From contig NC_043004.1 in NCBI RefSeq assembly GCF_006345805.1, positions 102,920,001-102,984,000 of the forward strand: a stretch of DNA of 64,000 bases. The letters are read 5' to 3'. The notes beneath the pieces were generated by a model. It ran no database searches. It was given only the letters and a program-made list of their open reading frames with translations, and was not told the DNA's origin. Shown here one piece after another: positions 12,984-26,811 of this stretch. Position numbers and translations under genes: made by a program. Each line of letters begins with the position of its first letter. Positions within the stretch are counted from its first letter, which is position 1. The DNA comes from Octopus sinensis. Its lineage: Eukaryota.

Positions 12984-13409
12984 GCTGTATAGCATACATA
13001 TCTAAAAAGCTTTCTGCTGAATGTCGAAAACTACTATTATCAGACGATAGTGAAAAGTGCACCGGATATAGCTTTCTTCTTACATCCTATACAAAAAGGA
13101 GAACATGATTGAATTGTATATATATTGTTTTAATCCTACATTCCTAAATGCGATGACCTTCTTCATAGTCTATAGGCACAGGTCACTTAGCCAGATTAAT
13201 AGTGGTGTGGGGAAAATGAGGAATAGAGAATTATCAGTACGATGAGCTCGAGTAGTTTGGGATTAGTGAACTAAGAACAAAAGCCCGGAAGTCATATTGA
13301 GAGTTAGTGTGGAAGACATTTTGAGTGACTCTGAATAAGATGAAAGGACAAATGGTATGAAGGGGATACTTAATTGTGCCTTTTCTTTTCTTTTTTTTTT
13401 TGTTTGTTT

Positions 13410-13855
13410 TTGTTTTAATCTTTTACTTCTTTCGGTCATTGGATCACGGTCATGCTGTAGCACTGCTTTGAAGAATTCAGTCGAATAAATTAGCATTCGG
13501 ACTTATTTTTAAACCTGGTACTTATTCTATAGATTTCCTTTAACCGAACCGCTGAGTTACGTGGACATAAACAAACCAACACTGGTTGTCAAGCGTTGCG
13601 TGGAGGACAAACACAAAGACACACATGCACACATAGATATATGCATATATCACCATATCTAATTTTCTATTGCTCTGTGTGTGTGTTTGTGTGTGCGTGT
13701 GTATATGATGGCTTTCTTTCAGTTTCCGTCTAGAAAATCACTAGGCGTTGTTCAGCCACGGGCTATAGTAGAAGATAATTCCCCAAGGTGCTACGCGCTG
13801 GAATTGAACTCAAGACCCTATGTTTGAGAAGCAAACTTCTCAACCACGCACCCGC
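13410..13855 (-). mobile_element. Old family-1 SINE
   Basis: Degenerate but colinear. Confidence 0.65.
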
Positions 13856-13994
13856 ACCGAATAACGAAGGAGTTACGAGCTCGCCGTCACACGAACATCT
13901 AGCCTTCTGATCTGGAGCCAGACGCGCTATATTTGTACCACAAGGCCAGTTGTATGCATAAAAAATAATTAAAAACCAGCTTGTCTTTCTTCCG

Positions 13995-14402
13995 AGCTGG
14001 CAGAACCGTTAGCTCGCCGGGCGTAATGCGTTGCCGTATTTCGTCTGCCGTTACGTTCTGAGTTCAAATTCCGCCGAGGTCGACTTTGCTTTTCATCCTT
14101 TCGGGGTCGATAAATTAAGTACCAGTTACGCACTGGGGTCGATGGAATCGACTTAATACCTATGTCTGTCCTTGTTTGTCCCCTCTGTGTTTAGCCCCTT
14201 GTGGGTAATAAAGAAATAGGTATTTCGTCTGCCGTTACGTTCTGAGTTCAAATTCCGCCGAGGTCGATTTTGCTTTTCATCCTTTCGGGGTCGATAAATT
14301 AAGTACCAGTTACGCACTGGGGTCGATGTAATCGTCTTAATCCGTTTGTCTGTCCTTGTTTGTCCCCTCTATGCTTAGCCCCTTGTGGGCAATAAAGAAA
14401 CA
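13995..14402 (+). mobile_element. Dimeric family-2 SINE
   Basis: ~185-bp unit repeated; junction aaagaaatag|gtatttcgtct. Confidence 0.85.
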
Positions 14403-16111
14403 GATAGTTAGACGGAAATGATCGTTGTGTGACAGCCTATAGGCTGTTAGTTTGAACAAAGCCGAACTGCTCACCAAGACTACTGGTTACAACATCACAG
14501 CAGTAGTAGAAAAAACCATTCTTATTGTTGTGAGTAGATGAAGGACGAAAGTTTTACTTGAGAATGCGTTTCTTCATCTGAAGGACATTCGGCTTTTCAC
14601 TTGGCATTCTAGATCATCTGTGATCAGTTTGAGAAGATAATACGCTATACGCTATGAGCAAATATTTAGAAAATTCTGGATTTTTCACTTCAGTTTCGCC
14701 CTTAGAAACAAGCATTCGGTACTGCCACTTAACGCCTAAAATGGTTTCTTAAGCATTTATAAAAAGTGTTTTCACATTACCGAAGAATGAGTTTTGGGAT
14801 TAGATTATGCCACCTTCTGGATAATATCATCAGTTAATTCCATCGGCACAGATATTCCTTTTAGGTTTCACGGCTTAAAAACAGAATCTTTTTAAATTTC
14901 AGATCGTGAAAGAATTAAGAGACCTTACTTATCTCAACCGACCATCAAGGTATAGCAGTGTTCTTGCAGAATCATTGGGGTGTCTAAAGAAATGCTTTCG
15001 GATATTTCTTTTGATTCTTTACGTTCTGAGTTCAAATCACACCGAGATCAACTTTGCATTTCATTCTTTCAGGATCGATAAAATAAAGTACCAGTTAAGT
15101 ACAGATGCCGACGATATCACCTTACCCACTACCTTCAAAAGTACTGACTGTGTTCTTAAATCAGAAACAATTTACAAGATTGTGTACTGCATGCGGATCT
15201 ACATGTGCACTGGACTTTATTGAAAAAGGTCGACTTTAACCCTTCATTCTTTTGAATCGACAAAATAAGTACCAGTTGAGCACTGGGGCCGATGTAATCG
15301 ACTTAACTACTTTCAGTTAAGGGTATAAAAAAAAACTGCATCCTTCTGCCAAGCTATGTCGAGCAGTGTGGCAGAGCTGGTTCATCAAACTAGTATGATC
15401 TCAAGCTCCAATTCACAGCCTACACATCAAAGCATAGTTGGTGAAGAGATAATGCTGAGGCCTTCGTTCTGCTGTGGTCTGAACATAGGCAATCCAATCC
15501 CATATAGAGCGTCTGGAGATGAAAGGCTATCATTTGTTGAGATTATGAAGTTACGAATTGTTTAAGGAGCAGAAAGAGCGTGGTGATATCAAGGATTTTT
15601 CTTGATATCCATACCAGCTGTTGGTTAAGCTTTTATTGCAAGTAAATGAATTTCCATCGATGTCGACGGTTAATATTCAGTTTTTCATTCGGTCAACTGC
15701 CGGCTCATTGAATTAGCGTGTAAGTGGCTGAGTATTCTACAGACACGTGTGCCCTCAATAAAATCTTTAGGTAGAATCAGATGACACGACTGACACTTAA
15801 ATTAGAGATACAGCCTGGATTCCGCACAGTTTCCGTATAACCAATTTCACTCTTGGGTTTGAGTTGCCCTGAGACTATGGTCGGTGACACTTGCTCGAGA
15901 TGTCAACTAGGGTGATCGAACATGTCGGACCTATGACTGCGAAGTGAAATTCTTGCCGATTCAGCCATGTTGTATCCGGCATAGTTAAATCGCTATTTCA
16001 AGATTTGGCTTTAAAATTTGTTTAATGATTTAAAACGAAACAATGTCTTTTTGAAGGAAAAAATGTTAAATTGTTAAACCCCTGATAACAAAAATATAAG
16101 AAATATGATTA

Positions 16112-16290
16112 TACGAGGGTGTGCTGAAAAGTTCGGAGCTTTAACGGTATCGCGAAAGGCTTGGTTAGAAGCTTAGAAAAACTGAAGGACCGTTGCTATA
16201 AGTGTGTGAATCTGCGAGCGGAACATGTTGAATGAAATCATAATTAACTGATCCACCTTCATTTTCTTTTACCCAAAGCCAGGAACTTTT
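16112..16290 (+). mobile_element. Internally deleted mariner/Tc1 element
   Basis: TA+CGAGGGTGTGCTGAAAAGTTC left end; translated LEKLKDRCYKCVNLRAEHVE* resembles a mariner C-terminus; partial right TIR aaagccaggaactttt. Confidence 0.6.
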
Positions 16291-16310
16291 ATTATAAATC
16301 TAATAATTGT

Positions 16311-16553
16311 ATTCTGTTGTGTCTGAGGAGAGTAATTTTCTTTTTGTGTCTTATAATGTAACACACTCATCGGTCAAATTTCCACTTATTTCTTATTTCT
16401 TATTTTTATTTTCCTAAACTTTTCGTTGTGTCTTGCAATCTTTTCAAGAGTCAAGACTATTGAAAAGGTCGCAAGACGCCACGAAAATTTTAGGTGAGTG
16501 TGTTACATTATAAGGCAGAAAAAGAAAATGACTCTCCCCAGACATAACAGAAT
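16311..16553. repeat. ~240-bp fold-back palindrome
   Basis: Outer arms 16311-16368 / 16495-16553, inner arms 16413-16452 / 16455-16494, centre AGTC-AA-GACT. Confidence 0.8.
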
Positions 16554-17298
16554 ATGCTTCAACATACAAACTCATATAAAGAATCTTGCAAACCAAATCC
16601 AAAAACGAAATTTAATAAATGTAATTAAATGTAATATAGTTATATAATAATTTGAGATAATGTGTGTTATGAAAAATAATAAATATGACTTAGAGCTTAA
16701 TTAATAACACATACATACAAATACATACATACATACATACATACATACATACATACATACATACATACATACATACATACATAAATGTATGTACATCCTT
16801 GTGTGTGGACGCCCACGCGTACGTCGCCGTACATCCGTACAAGTTGGTGATGTAGAGATAGAAAACTTCCGAATGAAGTTTAATAATAGAATATAAAAGT
16901 AGGTTTACCGCGTACAAAGATGTATTATTGTTGCTGTTATTGTTGTCACTATTGATGTGTAGTACCAGCTCAGCCGTGATCAATCTGATACATGATTTGG
17001 TCGTCAGCATTTTGTCCTGTCTTTCTGAATGTGAAGTAAACTCCTTGCCAATGCATCGTCCCTTATCAATTTTAAAGATAGCATGGTGGCGGCGCTGGAT
17101 TAACCGTTCAGCAAAATAAGCAGGTGCTTAGGGAATCAAGGGGAGTCGGGACACCACAGAAATGGTAAATGGTTTACGGCACAAAAGTAATCACTTTAAA
17201 CTTGCCAAAATAATATTCGAAGTGGTTTATGAGATCGGAAATATAATTTCGAAGTGTTTATGGTGTCATAGTCAGGATCTGATCAAAGACTTTGTAAT

Positions 17299-17425
<127 letters not shown>

Positions 17426-17793
17426 CAAAAATAGAAGACTTTTCGAAGTTTTCTCCGATACAAAAATAAATGTTGTTTTGCTTCTTACCGTTTTGTTCCA
17501 TTTAAAAAAATAAAAAATAATAATTTTATGGTTTATTATTGTTCATATTTTGAATTAGATATATATGAGGACACCAAAATCCTTTAAGTGCCTAGGGCTT
17601 CTATGGGTCTTAATCCGGCCCTGCAGGATGGGATGTGTGTGTGTGTTACATATATTTATATATACATTCTTACATAAACGTAAATTCTCACACACACAAA
17701 CAAACACACACATGCAGAAACTCTCATGAAATATAAATGCAATTACGTGCAGTGGTGTTCGCGTAAGAGACACAAAGGAAGAAAGAATGACAC

Positions 17794-17830
<37 letters not shown>

Positions 17831-18179
17831 ATGAGAGAGAGAGAGAATGGAAAAGGTAAAACTCAGGAGAGACAGAGAGACTATGTATGGAAAGATTGAT
17901 TGTGAGAAGGGTAGAGTTGGTTAAAAAGATGGATAAATCAAAATACTCACAGGTTCTAACACTTTCGAACTTATGTTTCTTGGATAGAATTCCCCAGAAA
18001 GCAGACAACAGTTCTTCCAGCGTATCTTCAGCAATATAAGATACCAGCGTAACCTTGGCTCTTTTATGCATGATAAAAAGCAATACATGAGCAATTTAGA
18101 AAATATTTGTAAATTGTTCAACTTTAATCTGTTCATGGGCCATTGGTCAGAGTTTATCGTTCTTATCATCTGGAAGTGT

Positions 18180-18418
18180 GTGATCGTGTGCGCATGTTTG
18201 TGTGTGTGTGTGTGTGTATGCATACACGTGTGTGTGTGTATGCATACACGTGTGTACATGTGTGTGTGTGTGTGTGTGTGTGCACGTGTGTGTGAGTGCG
18301 TGTGGGGTTAATTATCTCTGTTGCTCTTATTATTTGTACGTATGAATCTTGCAAGACTCTTCTGCCCACAGAGCTTCACATGCACGCAGGGACACACACA
18401 CACACAAACGCACACACA

Positions 18419-18456
<38 letters not shown>

Positions 18457-18534
18457 CACACACACACAAACACACACACTTTTATACATATCGACAGACA
18501 AACGTTTATATACATATCAGTGTATGTATGTACG

Positions 18535-18568
<34 letters not shown>

Positions 18569-18840
18569 TGTATGTATGTATGTATGTATGTATGTATGTA
18601 TGTATGTATGTATGTATGTTTGTATGTATGTATGTATGTACGTATATATGTATGTATGTATGCATATATAGATATGTGTATATGTATATATGTATATATT
18701 TATGTATATATATGTATATATATATGTATATATGCATATATATGTATATATATATGTCTATATGTACATATACAAATGTATATATATGTATATGTATATA
18801 CATATACATACATATACATACATATATATACATACATATA

Positions 18841-18884
<44 letters not shown>

Positions 18885-19044
18885 CACACATACACACACA
18901 CATATATACATTAATTCATGAATGCTTCCGTGTGGGAATTACACACACACATACACACATACATGCACTCCCTTTTATGCATATAGACACGCCTCTATAT
19001 ACATATATGATGACGGTATGTACGTATATATGCATATGTGTGCG

Positions 19045-19100
<56 letters not shown>

Positions 19101-19142
19101 CATATACATATACATCCATATATATATCAGTCACATACACAT

Positions 19143-19181
<39 letters not shown>

Positions 19182-19270
19182 CATCCATATATAGAAATCA
19201 GTCACATACACACACTCACACACACATGCACACACGCACACATTCACGCGCACACAATGAAACTGCATGT
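18180..19270. repeat. ~1.1-kb compound (TG)/(CA)/(TATG)/(TA) microsatellite
   Basis: Direct reading. Confidence 0.9.
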
Positions 19271-19307
19271 GCACATAATACATAATAGTGGCTGCTCGTA
19301 ACAACGA

Positions 19308-19309
19308 CG

Positions 19310-19340
<31 letters not shown>

Positions 19341-19382
19341 TTGTGATGATGATGATGATGATGGTTGTGATGACGATGTGGG

Positions 19383-19414
<32 letters not shown>

Positions 19415-19877
19415 GTTGTGATGACGATGGTTGTGATGACGATGTGGGTGATGATGATAATGATGATGATGATACTTCTCTATCTACGAGTGTGTGTAAG
19501 CGTGTGTGTCGATTAAACGTTGCTCTCTCTCCAAGCTTGACTGAGATGAATGTTTCCTGTGATATTGCAATTCTAAAGTCATAAAACTTGACACGTTGCT
19601 TCTTACGTCACTTTCCGTTTCTTTTTTTATAAGTTCAGAGGAACGGAACCGTTACAAATCCGTCTTTCTTTCTTTCTCCTGTATCAGCTGTCGCCGCTTG
19701 TTATCCCTTCTTGTGCAGTGGTTGCTCGTAACTTTTGCCGTGTGCACCGTTCGAATATCCGCCCCCCCCACCCCACATTGACCACTGTCATGGGTAGAAA
19801 TGACGACGACAACGACGGTGATGATGATGATGATAATGATGGTTGTGATGGCGATGTGGGTGATGATGATGATAATA

Positions 19878-19924
<47 letters not shown>

Positions 19925-19926
19925 CT

Positions 19927-19959
<33 letters not shown>

Positions 19960-19963
19960 CGGC

Positions 19964-20014
<51 letters not shown>

Positions 20015-20060
20015 AGTCGTGATGACGATGTGGGTGATGATGATGATCATAACGATGTGG
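19308..20060. repeat. Two (GAT)n blocks (19308-19473, 19800-20060) sharing a GATGGTTGTGATGACGATGTGGGT higher-order unit
   Basis: Direct reading. Confidence 0.85.
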
Positions 20061-20545
20061 GAGAGGATAACGATAAGGGTGAAGAGGAAGTGAGTGCTCT
20101 TCAGCCTTGCCCCACCAAACAACCTCTTTCGCTACACCCACCAGGCAAAGGAAAAACCACCTTGCCTGCCCGATTGAAGGAGGGCGGCTGTGCGATCATA
20201 ATTCAGACTCGACCACCGACAGACGGATCCGTCCCACAAGTGACAGCAGCTGCTCCACATAACCCCACAAATCAGCAATGCACGAACACTGAACGAGGGC
20301 GTGCACAACAGTTTTGTCACTCTGCCGCACACCTCGGACAAGCCCGTCTGACAGCATATCCGTGCCTGTAGAGCTTATCTAAAACCGGTAGCGCCCCCCC
20401 CCCGGTAGCATTACCAGGCCAAGGACATTTGGAAATTATCCATGATAGTACCCAACCGGAAAGTTCTCCGGAGTAGACTATCCAGTTCGTTCTCGCTCGC
20501 GCTCAGAGTCTCCCCGAGAGCGTCGTCGCACTTTTCTGCCACTAA

Positions 20546-21135
20546 TCTTATTATATAACATAGACCTGTGTGTGCGTGTGTTCGCTTTTCATGCGAAAAC
20601 GGCTGCGCGAATTGCTTCCATGCTTGGGATGTATCGATAATTTGGCCTTGGATACATAATAGGCACTTCAGTTTAATTCTTTTTTATTAAAAACAAATAA
20701 TATTGCTTTATATATATATGATTAACTTCTTTAAAGAGGTTTCTCAATGTCAACTTCCGGTATTGATGCTGCAAGGGCGAAATTTTTCATTTTCATTTGC
20801 GAAATCTCTCACTCTCTATTTTAATGTTTTCATTTCAAGTTTTAATTCGCTATTTGCAAACAACCACGATAAATTACTGAAAGAAATATGGCTGCGCAAA
20901 TTGCTTCCATACTTGGGATGCATGAATAATTTGACCTCGGAAACATAAGCTCTTCAGTTTATTTTTTTATTAAGAATAAATAATATTGCTTTATATATAT
21001 GGTTCACTTCTTTAAAAAGGTTTCTCAATGACAACTTCTGGTATTGACGTAGCAACGGCGAAATTTTCTATTGCGAAATCTGTCACTCTCTATTTTAATG
21101 TTTTCATTTCAAGTTTTAATTCGCTATATGCAAAC
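20546..21135 (+). mobile_element. Helitron-like 5' segment with ~289-bp internal tandem duplication
   Basis: A|TCTTATTATATAA start, TG-rich tract, then TTCGCTTTTCATGCGAAAACGGCTG resembling non-autonomous Helitron 5' ends; unit repeats at 20601 and 20890; no CTRR 3' end found. Confidence 0.45.
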
Positions 21136-21136
21136 A

Positions 21137-21328
21137 AATTTATTGCCAATTCTTCAACTGATAATGCTGGATTTTGTTCAAGTAATGCCTCAAGGAGCTT
21201 ATCATCAAACTCAGCTGGACGTCCTGTTCGATCTTCATCTTCAAGGCTGAAATCTCCACTTCTGAATTTTGCAAACCATCTTCTGCAAGTTCTTTAATTC
21301 AAGCATTCTTTTCCATAAACTGAGTATA
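21137..21328 (-). pseudogene. Mariner transposase HTH fragment
   Basis: YSVYGKECLN*RTCRRWFAKFRSGDFSLEDEDRTGRPAEFDDKLLEALLEQNPALSVEELA. Confidence 0.8.
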
Positions 21329-23065
21329 GTATAGTGTAGTATAGTATAATATACTATAGTATACTATAGTATACTATAGTATAGCATAGTATAGTATAGT
21401 GTAGTCATTTTCATGATTTAGTTTGTTCCGTCTCTTGATAACTTTAATCATTTGCCCACTAATTCATTTATCAGTTTATTATACCTTTTTTCATTATTCA
21501 ATCAGTATTTAACTTAATCCTTTATCCATTAATCTGTCGAGCACTCAACTAAGTATTGTGTACTTAAGTAATAGTTATTATTTTACTTTTGTTACATATT
21601 TTCTATCTATGTATTTGTGTAGGCAACTGCCCTTGCACGTATAAGCATTTGTGTTTGTACGGCGAGTGAGTGTAAATTCATTCATAAACGTAATACAATT
21701 AAACATTGAATGATTTTTGACATGTTATAATTTTTGGGATGAGTTAGGGCGAACCTTGTTGCATATATAATGACCATCATGAGCTTCATTCTGAATTGAA
21801 CTCTTTTGTACTGTGCTTTACCAACGTGCTCAGTAATTCGTTTCGGTATATTCTATCCAACACATCTTTATATTTAGTTCCTCGTGACCGATTGTTGTTC
21901 ATAGCTGGAATTTTCTGAGGTAGGGAAGCCGAAACAAACATGTTTGTCACGGCAGATAACCAGGAATGTAAAAAATTCTATTTGTTGGAGGATAAGGAAC
22001 TTGAATGCTCTCTTGAATTCATCCCGGCTAGCTGATGTGCTTGCTAGTTCAGAGAGGGATTAGCTGAAATGCTCAGGCACTTGCTTATAGACTTCTGAAG
22101 CCTATACTAATTTCTTCTGTGTTCGAAGGAGATGTTTTTCCTGTAATTATAGGTTGAATTCAAACTCGGAGCGCAGTGAGCCGGAACAAATACCGCAAGG
22201 CATCCTATCCAACGCTTTCGCGACTTTACCAGTTCGATTCTATTTATACACACGCACACAAGTGTCTGTGTGTGTATATATATGTATATATAAAGGTAAA
22301 GATGCAAACTGTGCGTTTCTCTTTTGGCCTCTTCTGTAGAGATTCATAAAAATCCACGTACTTGGAAGTCTCTAGTACTACCGTCCTGCCACGTAGGCTT
22401 GTCTCTAGCAAGATGCGTCTCTGAATTTGATTTGATCTCGTAGTATTTCAAGGTTGCTTTCAAAGTATTTAAAAATCTATTATGAGGTGCACTAACACGG
22501 CGCCCGACATTTCTAAGTTCCGAATAGAAGATTTCTCTGAATCAGGCATTCTGACAACATCCACAATCAAAGCAGGTGGATATGCTTGAGCTTAGCAAAC
22601 AAATTGGTGGCATTGGCCCATCTGAGAACTTCTTGTATCGGTGTTTCTGTCCTGTCACTTACACATACATTGACACATTCATACACGCACACAAACACAC
22701 ACTCACATACGCAACAAACACACACATACACACGCACACGCACGCGTGCATAAGGTTACTAGTTGACAGAATCGTTAGATTCTCAGATGGTGGTGCATTG
22801 AGGCCCTCTGCACATTGATTTCAGATCTTTCTCAGAGCAACTTTGCCTTTCATCCTATCATTCTATTCTCCCTTCTTTCTCTTTTCTGGAAATCAGACGT
22901 GATGGTCAGATCTGTAGACGGAGGAATTCTACCAGGCCGAAAAAAGTATCCATGACACGCTGTCCAAGATGGAGCCTCTGCGGTCCATCAAGGAGTCGAG
23001 AGCCTTATTGCGCGCGCGCGCACACACACACACATGCACACACACACACACATACACACTACACT

Positions 23066-23108
<43 letters not shown>

Positions 23109-23897
23109 TATCTCTCTCTCTTTATATCTCTCTCTCTCTTTTATCTCTCTCTCTTTATATATATCTCTCTCTTCTCTCTCTTTCTCCCCGCCCCGCCACC
23201 GACGCAAACATCTCATTGTTACTTACAGAAACTCGGCTTATAGAAATTGTTAAAATATGACCACTCATTTTGAGATACGACCGGTAATTCCGCCCTTCCG
23301 GAAACTAAAAAATAAATTTTGGCAATTTTAAAAGCTAAAACTACGACCCGCATGTATGCGTAAAAAGTACTTTAGTACGATCGGCCGCTCCTCTCGTCAT
23401 TCTTCTGCTTTCATTCTCTGTACATTTTTGTTGATTAATGTCTATTCATTTCTTTAAATTTTTTTCCTTTTCCTACAAACTTGGTATTTCATTTTATATT
23501 GCTTTCAACATTTATGCCAACACCTACTGTTCTTTCCCCCCGCCACACCTTATTTTATATTGCTCTGAACATTCGTTCGGGGTTTTATTACTGATTCAAT
23601 CGTACAGTACTTCCTCGCACCTTTCGACATCACCCTTCTGCCTATTTCCTTTTTCTCCTGACTATTCTTGCATCCAGAGTAATAAAACGACTACCTTTTA
23701 CTGGATGCAGAACATCAGTACTTTTCTTGGATTCTACGGTTTTACTACCATTTAGTATAAATTTCCTTGTCTTCTTGGATTTAATAAGAGCGCACAGTAT
23801 CGTACATAATACATTCACGATGACTGGAAAAAGACCATTGAGTGGAAGTGAAGACAGTAGTGCTAAAACGAGTCATAAATGGATTATGTTTAATATT

Positions 23898-24288
23898 GGA
23901 GGCGCAATGGCCCAGTAGTTAGGGCAGCGGACTCGCGGTCATAGGATCGCGGTTTCGATTCCCAGACCGGGCGTTGTGAGTGTTTATTGAGCGAAAACAC
24001 CTAAAAGCTCCACGAGGCTCCGGCAGGGGATGGTGGTGATCCCTGCTGTACTCTTTCACCACAACTTTCTCTCACTCTTACTTCCTGTTTCTGTTGTACC
24101 TGTATTTCAAAGGGCCGGTCTTGTCACTCTCTGTGTCACGCTGAATATCCCCGAGAACTACGTTAAGGGTACACGTGTCTGTGGAGTGCTCAGCCACTTA
24201 CACGTTAATTTCACGAGCAGGCTGTTCCGTTGATTCGGATCAACCTGAACCCTCATCGTCGTAACCAACGGAGTGCTTCCATCTATCC
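23898..24288 (+). mobile_element. Full-length family-3 SINE, 12-bp TSD
   Basis: TSD ATGTTTAATATT at 23886-23897 and 24289-24300; A/B boxes. Confidence 0.9.
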
Positions 24289-24780
24289 ATGTTTAATATT
24301 AAAACTAATGTTTTATAAAGTTTTGTTATAAGAGAAAGGTGTAGCTATAGTGCAAAAAAAAGTTTGCAACATGTACAGCGGAAATGATATATCACAACAA
24401 AGACAAGATTAGCTAGTGTGCTCAAGCAGCGGCTACCTTAATTCCTCATACAGTTATTATTTTTTTTTATAGATCTAATATGATGCTTATTATGGAACGG
24501 CTCAGAGTGGGTCGACGATCAGAGTGGATTTAACGCGCCAATAAACGCAATAGTTATTCAAGAAAACGCTAAAAGTTAGTATGATGATTTGCAGAAAGGG
24601 GAAGGTGCAGCTCCTGATGTAAAGACCTCTTCTTGCTTGTCACGGCAGGTTTGAAGTTGTCAGTTCCACAGATGCTGCAACTACAAATGTACAATATTGT
24701 TGAAAATGTGTTTTTCTCGAAGTGTATTCCACTAGAACTTTTATTTGTAAAGAAAAATTAGTACAAGGCTTCAAAGCATC

Positions 24781-24912
24781 AAACTAGAAAAGCACTTGGA
24801 GAGCGCAGACCATCGCTAAGCAGATCATTTCCACCCATATACACGCATGCTGAAAATCGTCCAATTTCCCAAACCAACGCCGGCAAAAACATAACCTCCT
24901 TGGCGGGGTTAA
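24781..24912 (+). mobile_element. Compact Helentron-associated (HINE-like) element; second 3' part at ~25240-25410
   Basis: AACTAGAAAAGCAC...GAGAGCGCAGACC start; 3' AAAACATAACCTCCTTGGCGG(A)GGT palindrome; ends in A-runs. Confidence 0.55.
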
Positions 24913-25969
24913 AAAAATAACACAGCCTTCAAAAACAGGAATCATCTGAAGAAGTTATAATACATCAATGACAACAGCAGATATATCATACAGATGATAT
25001 AGAGCTCACAGCGGCGGTGGATGGAGCAAAGCCTGAGCTTTTTGAGTCGATCCCAATGGCCAAGGCTTGTCCTGTCATCCTCCGCAGACTTCCGCCAAGC
25101 AGCTCATTTTAAGATAGATACGCAAATAAAATTACTAATAGAGAAACGAAAATAAACTTTGGAAACGATGAACGTGTTTTCAAAGGAGATAATTAAAGTA
25201 TGTAACATTGTAATGCCTCATGTAAAGTAAATATAACAAATGAAAAAATCCTTCAAGAATCCATAAAAATTCCCGGACCACTACCAAAATTTCATCATCT
25301 GTTCCTTGTGTCATTACCAACTTTTCACAACTTTTTGAGTTATTTTGCACACAGACGGACAAACCAACGCCGAAGAAAACATAACCTCCTTCCTTGGCGA
25401 AGGTAAAAATTGTCTAACGCTTCTTCTGGGATAAAATGCTGCTGCTGCTGATGATGATGATGATGAGGTTGATGATGGTGATGATGGTGATGATGACGAT
25501 GATGACGATGACGATGTTGATGACGATGATGATGATGATGATATGGAATCGAAGCTCTTACTTGTGTATTACTCCGAAAGTCAATGAATACAGGGATCTC
25601 TCCTGTTGCGAAAGTAATATTACTTGAAATTATTATCGTATCGCGAAATTAATTTTCCCACTGACTTATTTTCATATTATAAAGTGAACTACGTTGCGAC
25701 AGATTTTTTTTTTTCGAAATACAATAACGACGACGACGACGACAACAACAACAACAACAAACAACACGACCACTTTTATCTGTGAAAGCAGCAATTTCTA
25801 AACACATACAATACAGTATGTATACATAAAAAAATTTGAAGGAAATACATCAGGAAATAAACACAAATCGTAATTTCGTAATGTAAGATGCCAACTACAG
25901 TGTAATAGTAGTTGAATGAGAGTTGCCGGGAGGATGAGGGGATACGATTCTCTATCTTGTCTATCTTGT

Positions 25970-26230
25970 AGTTAAGTTAAGTTAAGTTAATTTTTTGGCT
26001 CAAAAAGCAAAAAGCAAGGCCATGTAGGGGGACATGGAGTTATGTACATGGAGGGTGTTCATGCAAAGAGTTCAGGCCATTTCTGGTCAAGAGAGACTTT
26101 GAACCGAGCGGTCGTCGGCATCTTCACTATCTCGTCCGGCAGCTTATTCCAAGGATCTGCAACCCGGACGGAGAAAGTCCCTCTCCTTCGATTGAGACGA
26201 AATCGTCTGCCTGAGGGAGTAAAACTTTTA
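25970..26230 (-). mobile_element. 5'-truncated CR1-group LINE 3' end with (TAACT)n tail
   Basis: Uninterrupted GRRFRLNRRRGTFSVRVADPWNKLPDEIVKMPTTARFKVSLDQKWPELFA*, 3' UTR and tandem tail. Confidence 0.85.
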
Positions 26231-26547
26231 AGCTGAAGTTGTTTGATGCTTATGGCACTTCATCTCTTTGTACAGTTCAGTGCAGGAACTGAGCTTTTTG
26301 TAAACTCCTCTAATAATTTCTAAGTTTCGTTCGCTTTTAAGGTCGTTTATAATCGGCGAAATCTCGCAAATCTTTCAGTTCATTAACAAAATACTTTACA
26401 GTCAATTTAAATGGAATTGATGGAGTTTCCATGTTCTCATCTGTATTTTCAGTTTGTTCTTATCTTGACGTCATCTGACCCTCGATGGATTAACTTTCTT
26501 TATCTGTACACTAACTCAAAAACATCATCCTCTATAACTTCTTCAAA

Positions 26548-26811
26548 AATAAATAATAATAAATGCGCCCTTTTAAAGCCTAGCCAGACTCATGGGCCCG
26601 CTTTCCCGGTTTCCATGGCGTATATGTTCCTCAGCTGGACGGGACGCCAGTCCATCGCAGCGTTACTCATTTTTGCGAGCTGAGTGGACTGGAGCAACGT
26701 GAAATGAAGTATTTTGCTCAAGAACACAACGCGTCGCCCGGTCCAGGAATCGAAACCACAATCTTACGATCATAATGTTGACACCCTAACCACTAAGCCA
26801 CGCGCCTCCAC
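26548..26811 (-). mobile_element. Full-length family-4 (Meta-domain-like) SINE, 14-bp TSD
   Basis: TSD ATAACTTCTTCAAA at 26534-26547 and 26812-26825; GTTCTTGAGCAAAATACTTCATTTCACGTTGCTCCAGTCCACTCAGCT body; (ATT)n tail. Confidence 0.9.

Noticed and set aside
22918-23012. Protein-like frame TEEFYQAEKSIHDTLSKMEPLRSIKESRALL after a TAG acceptor-like site
   Set aside because: Short, no recognisable family, no donor site before it runs into microsatellite; needs a homology search
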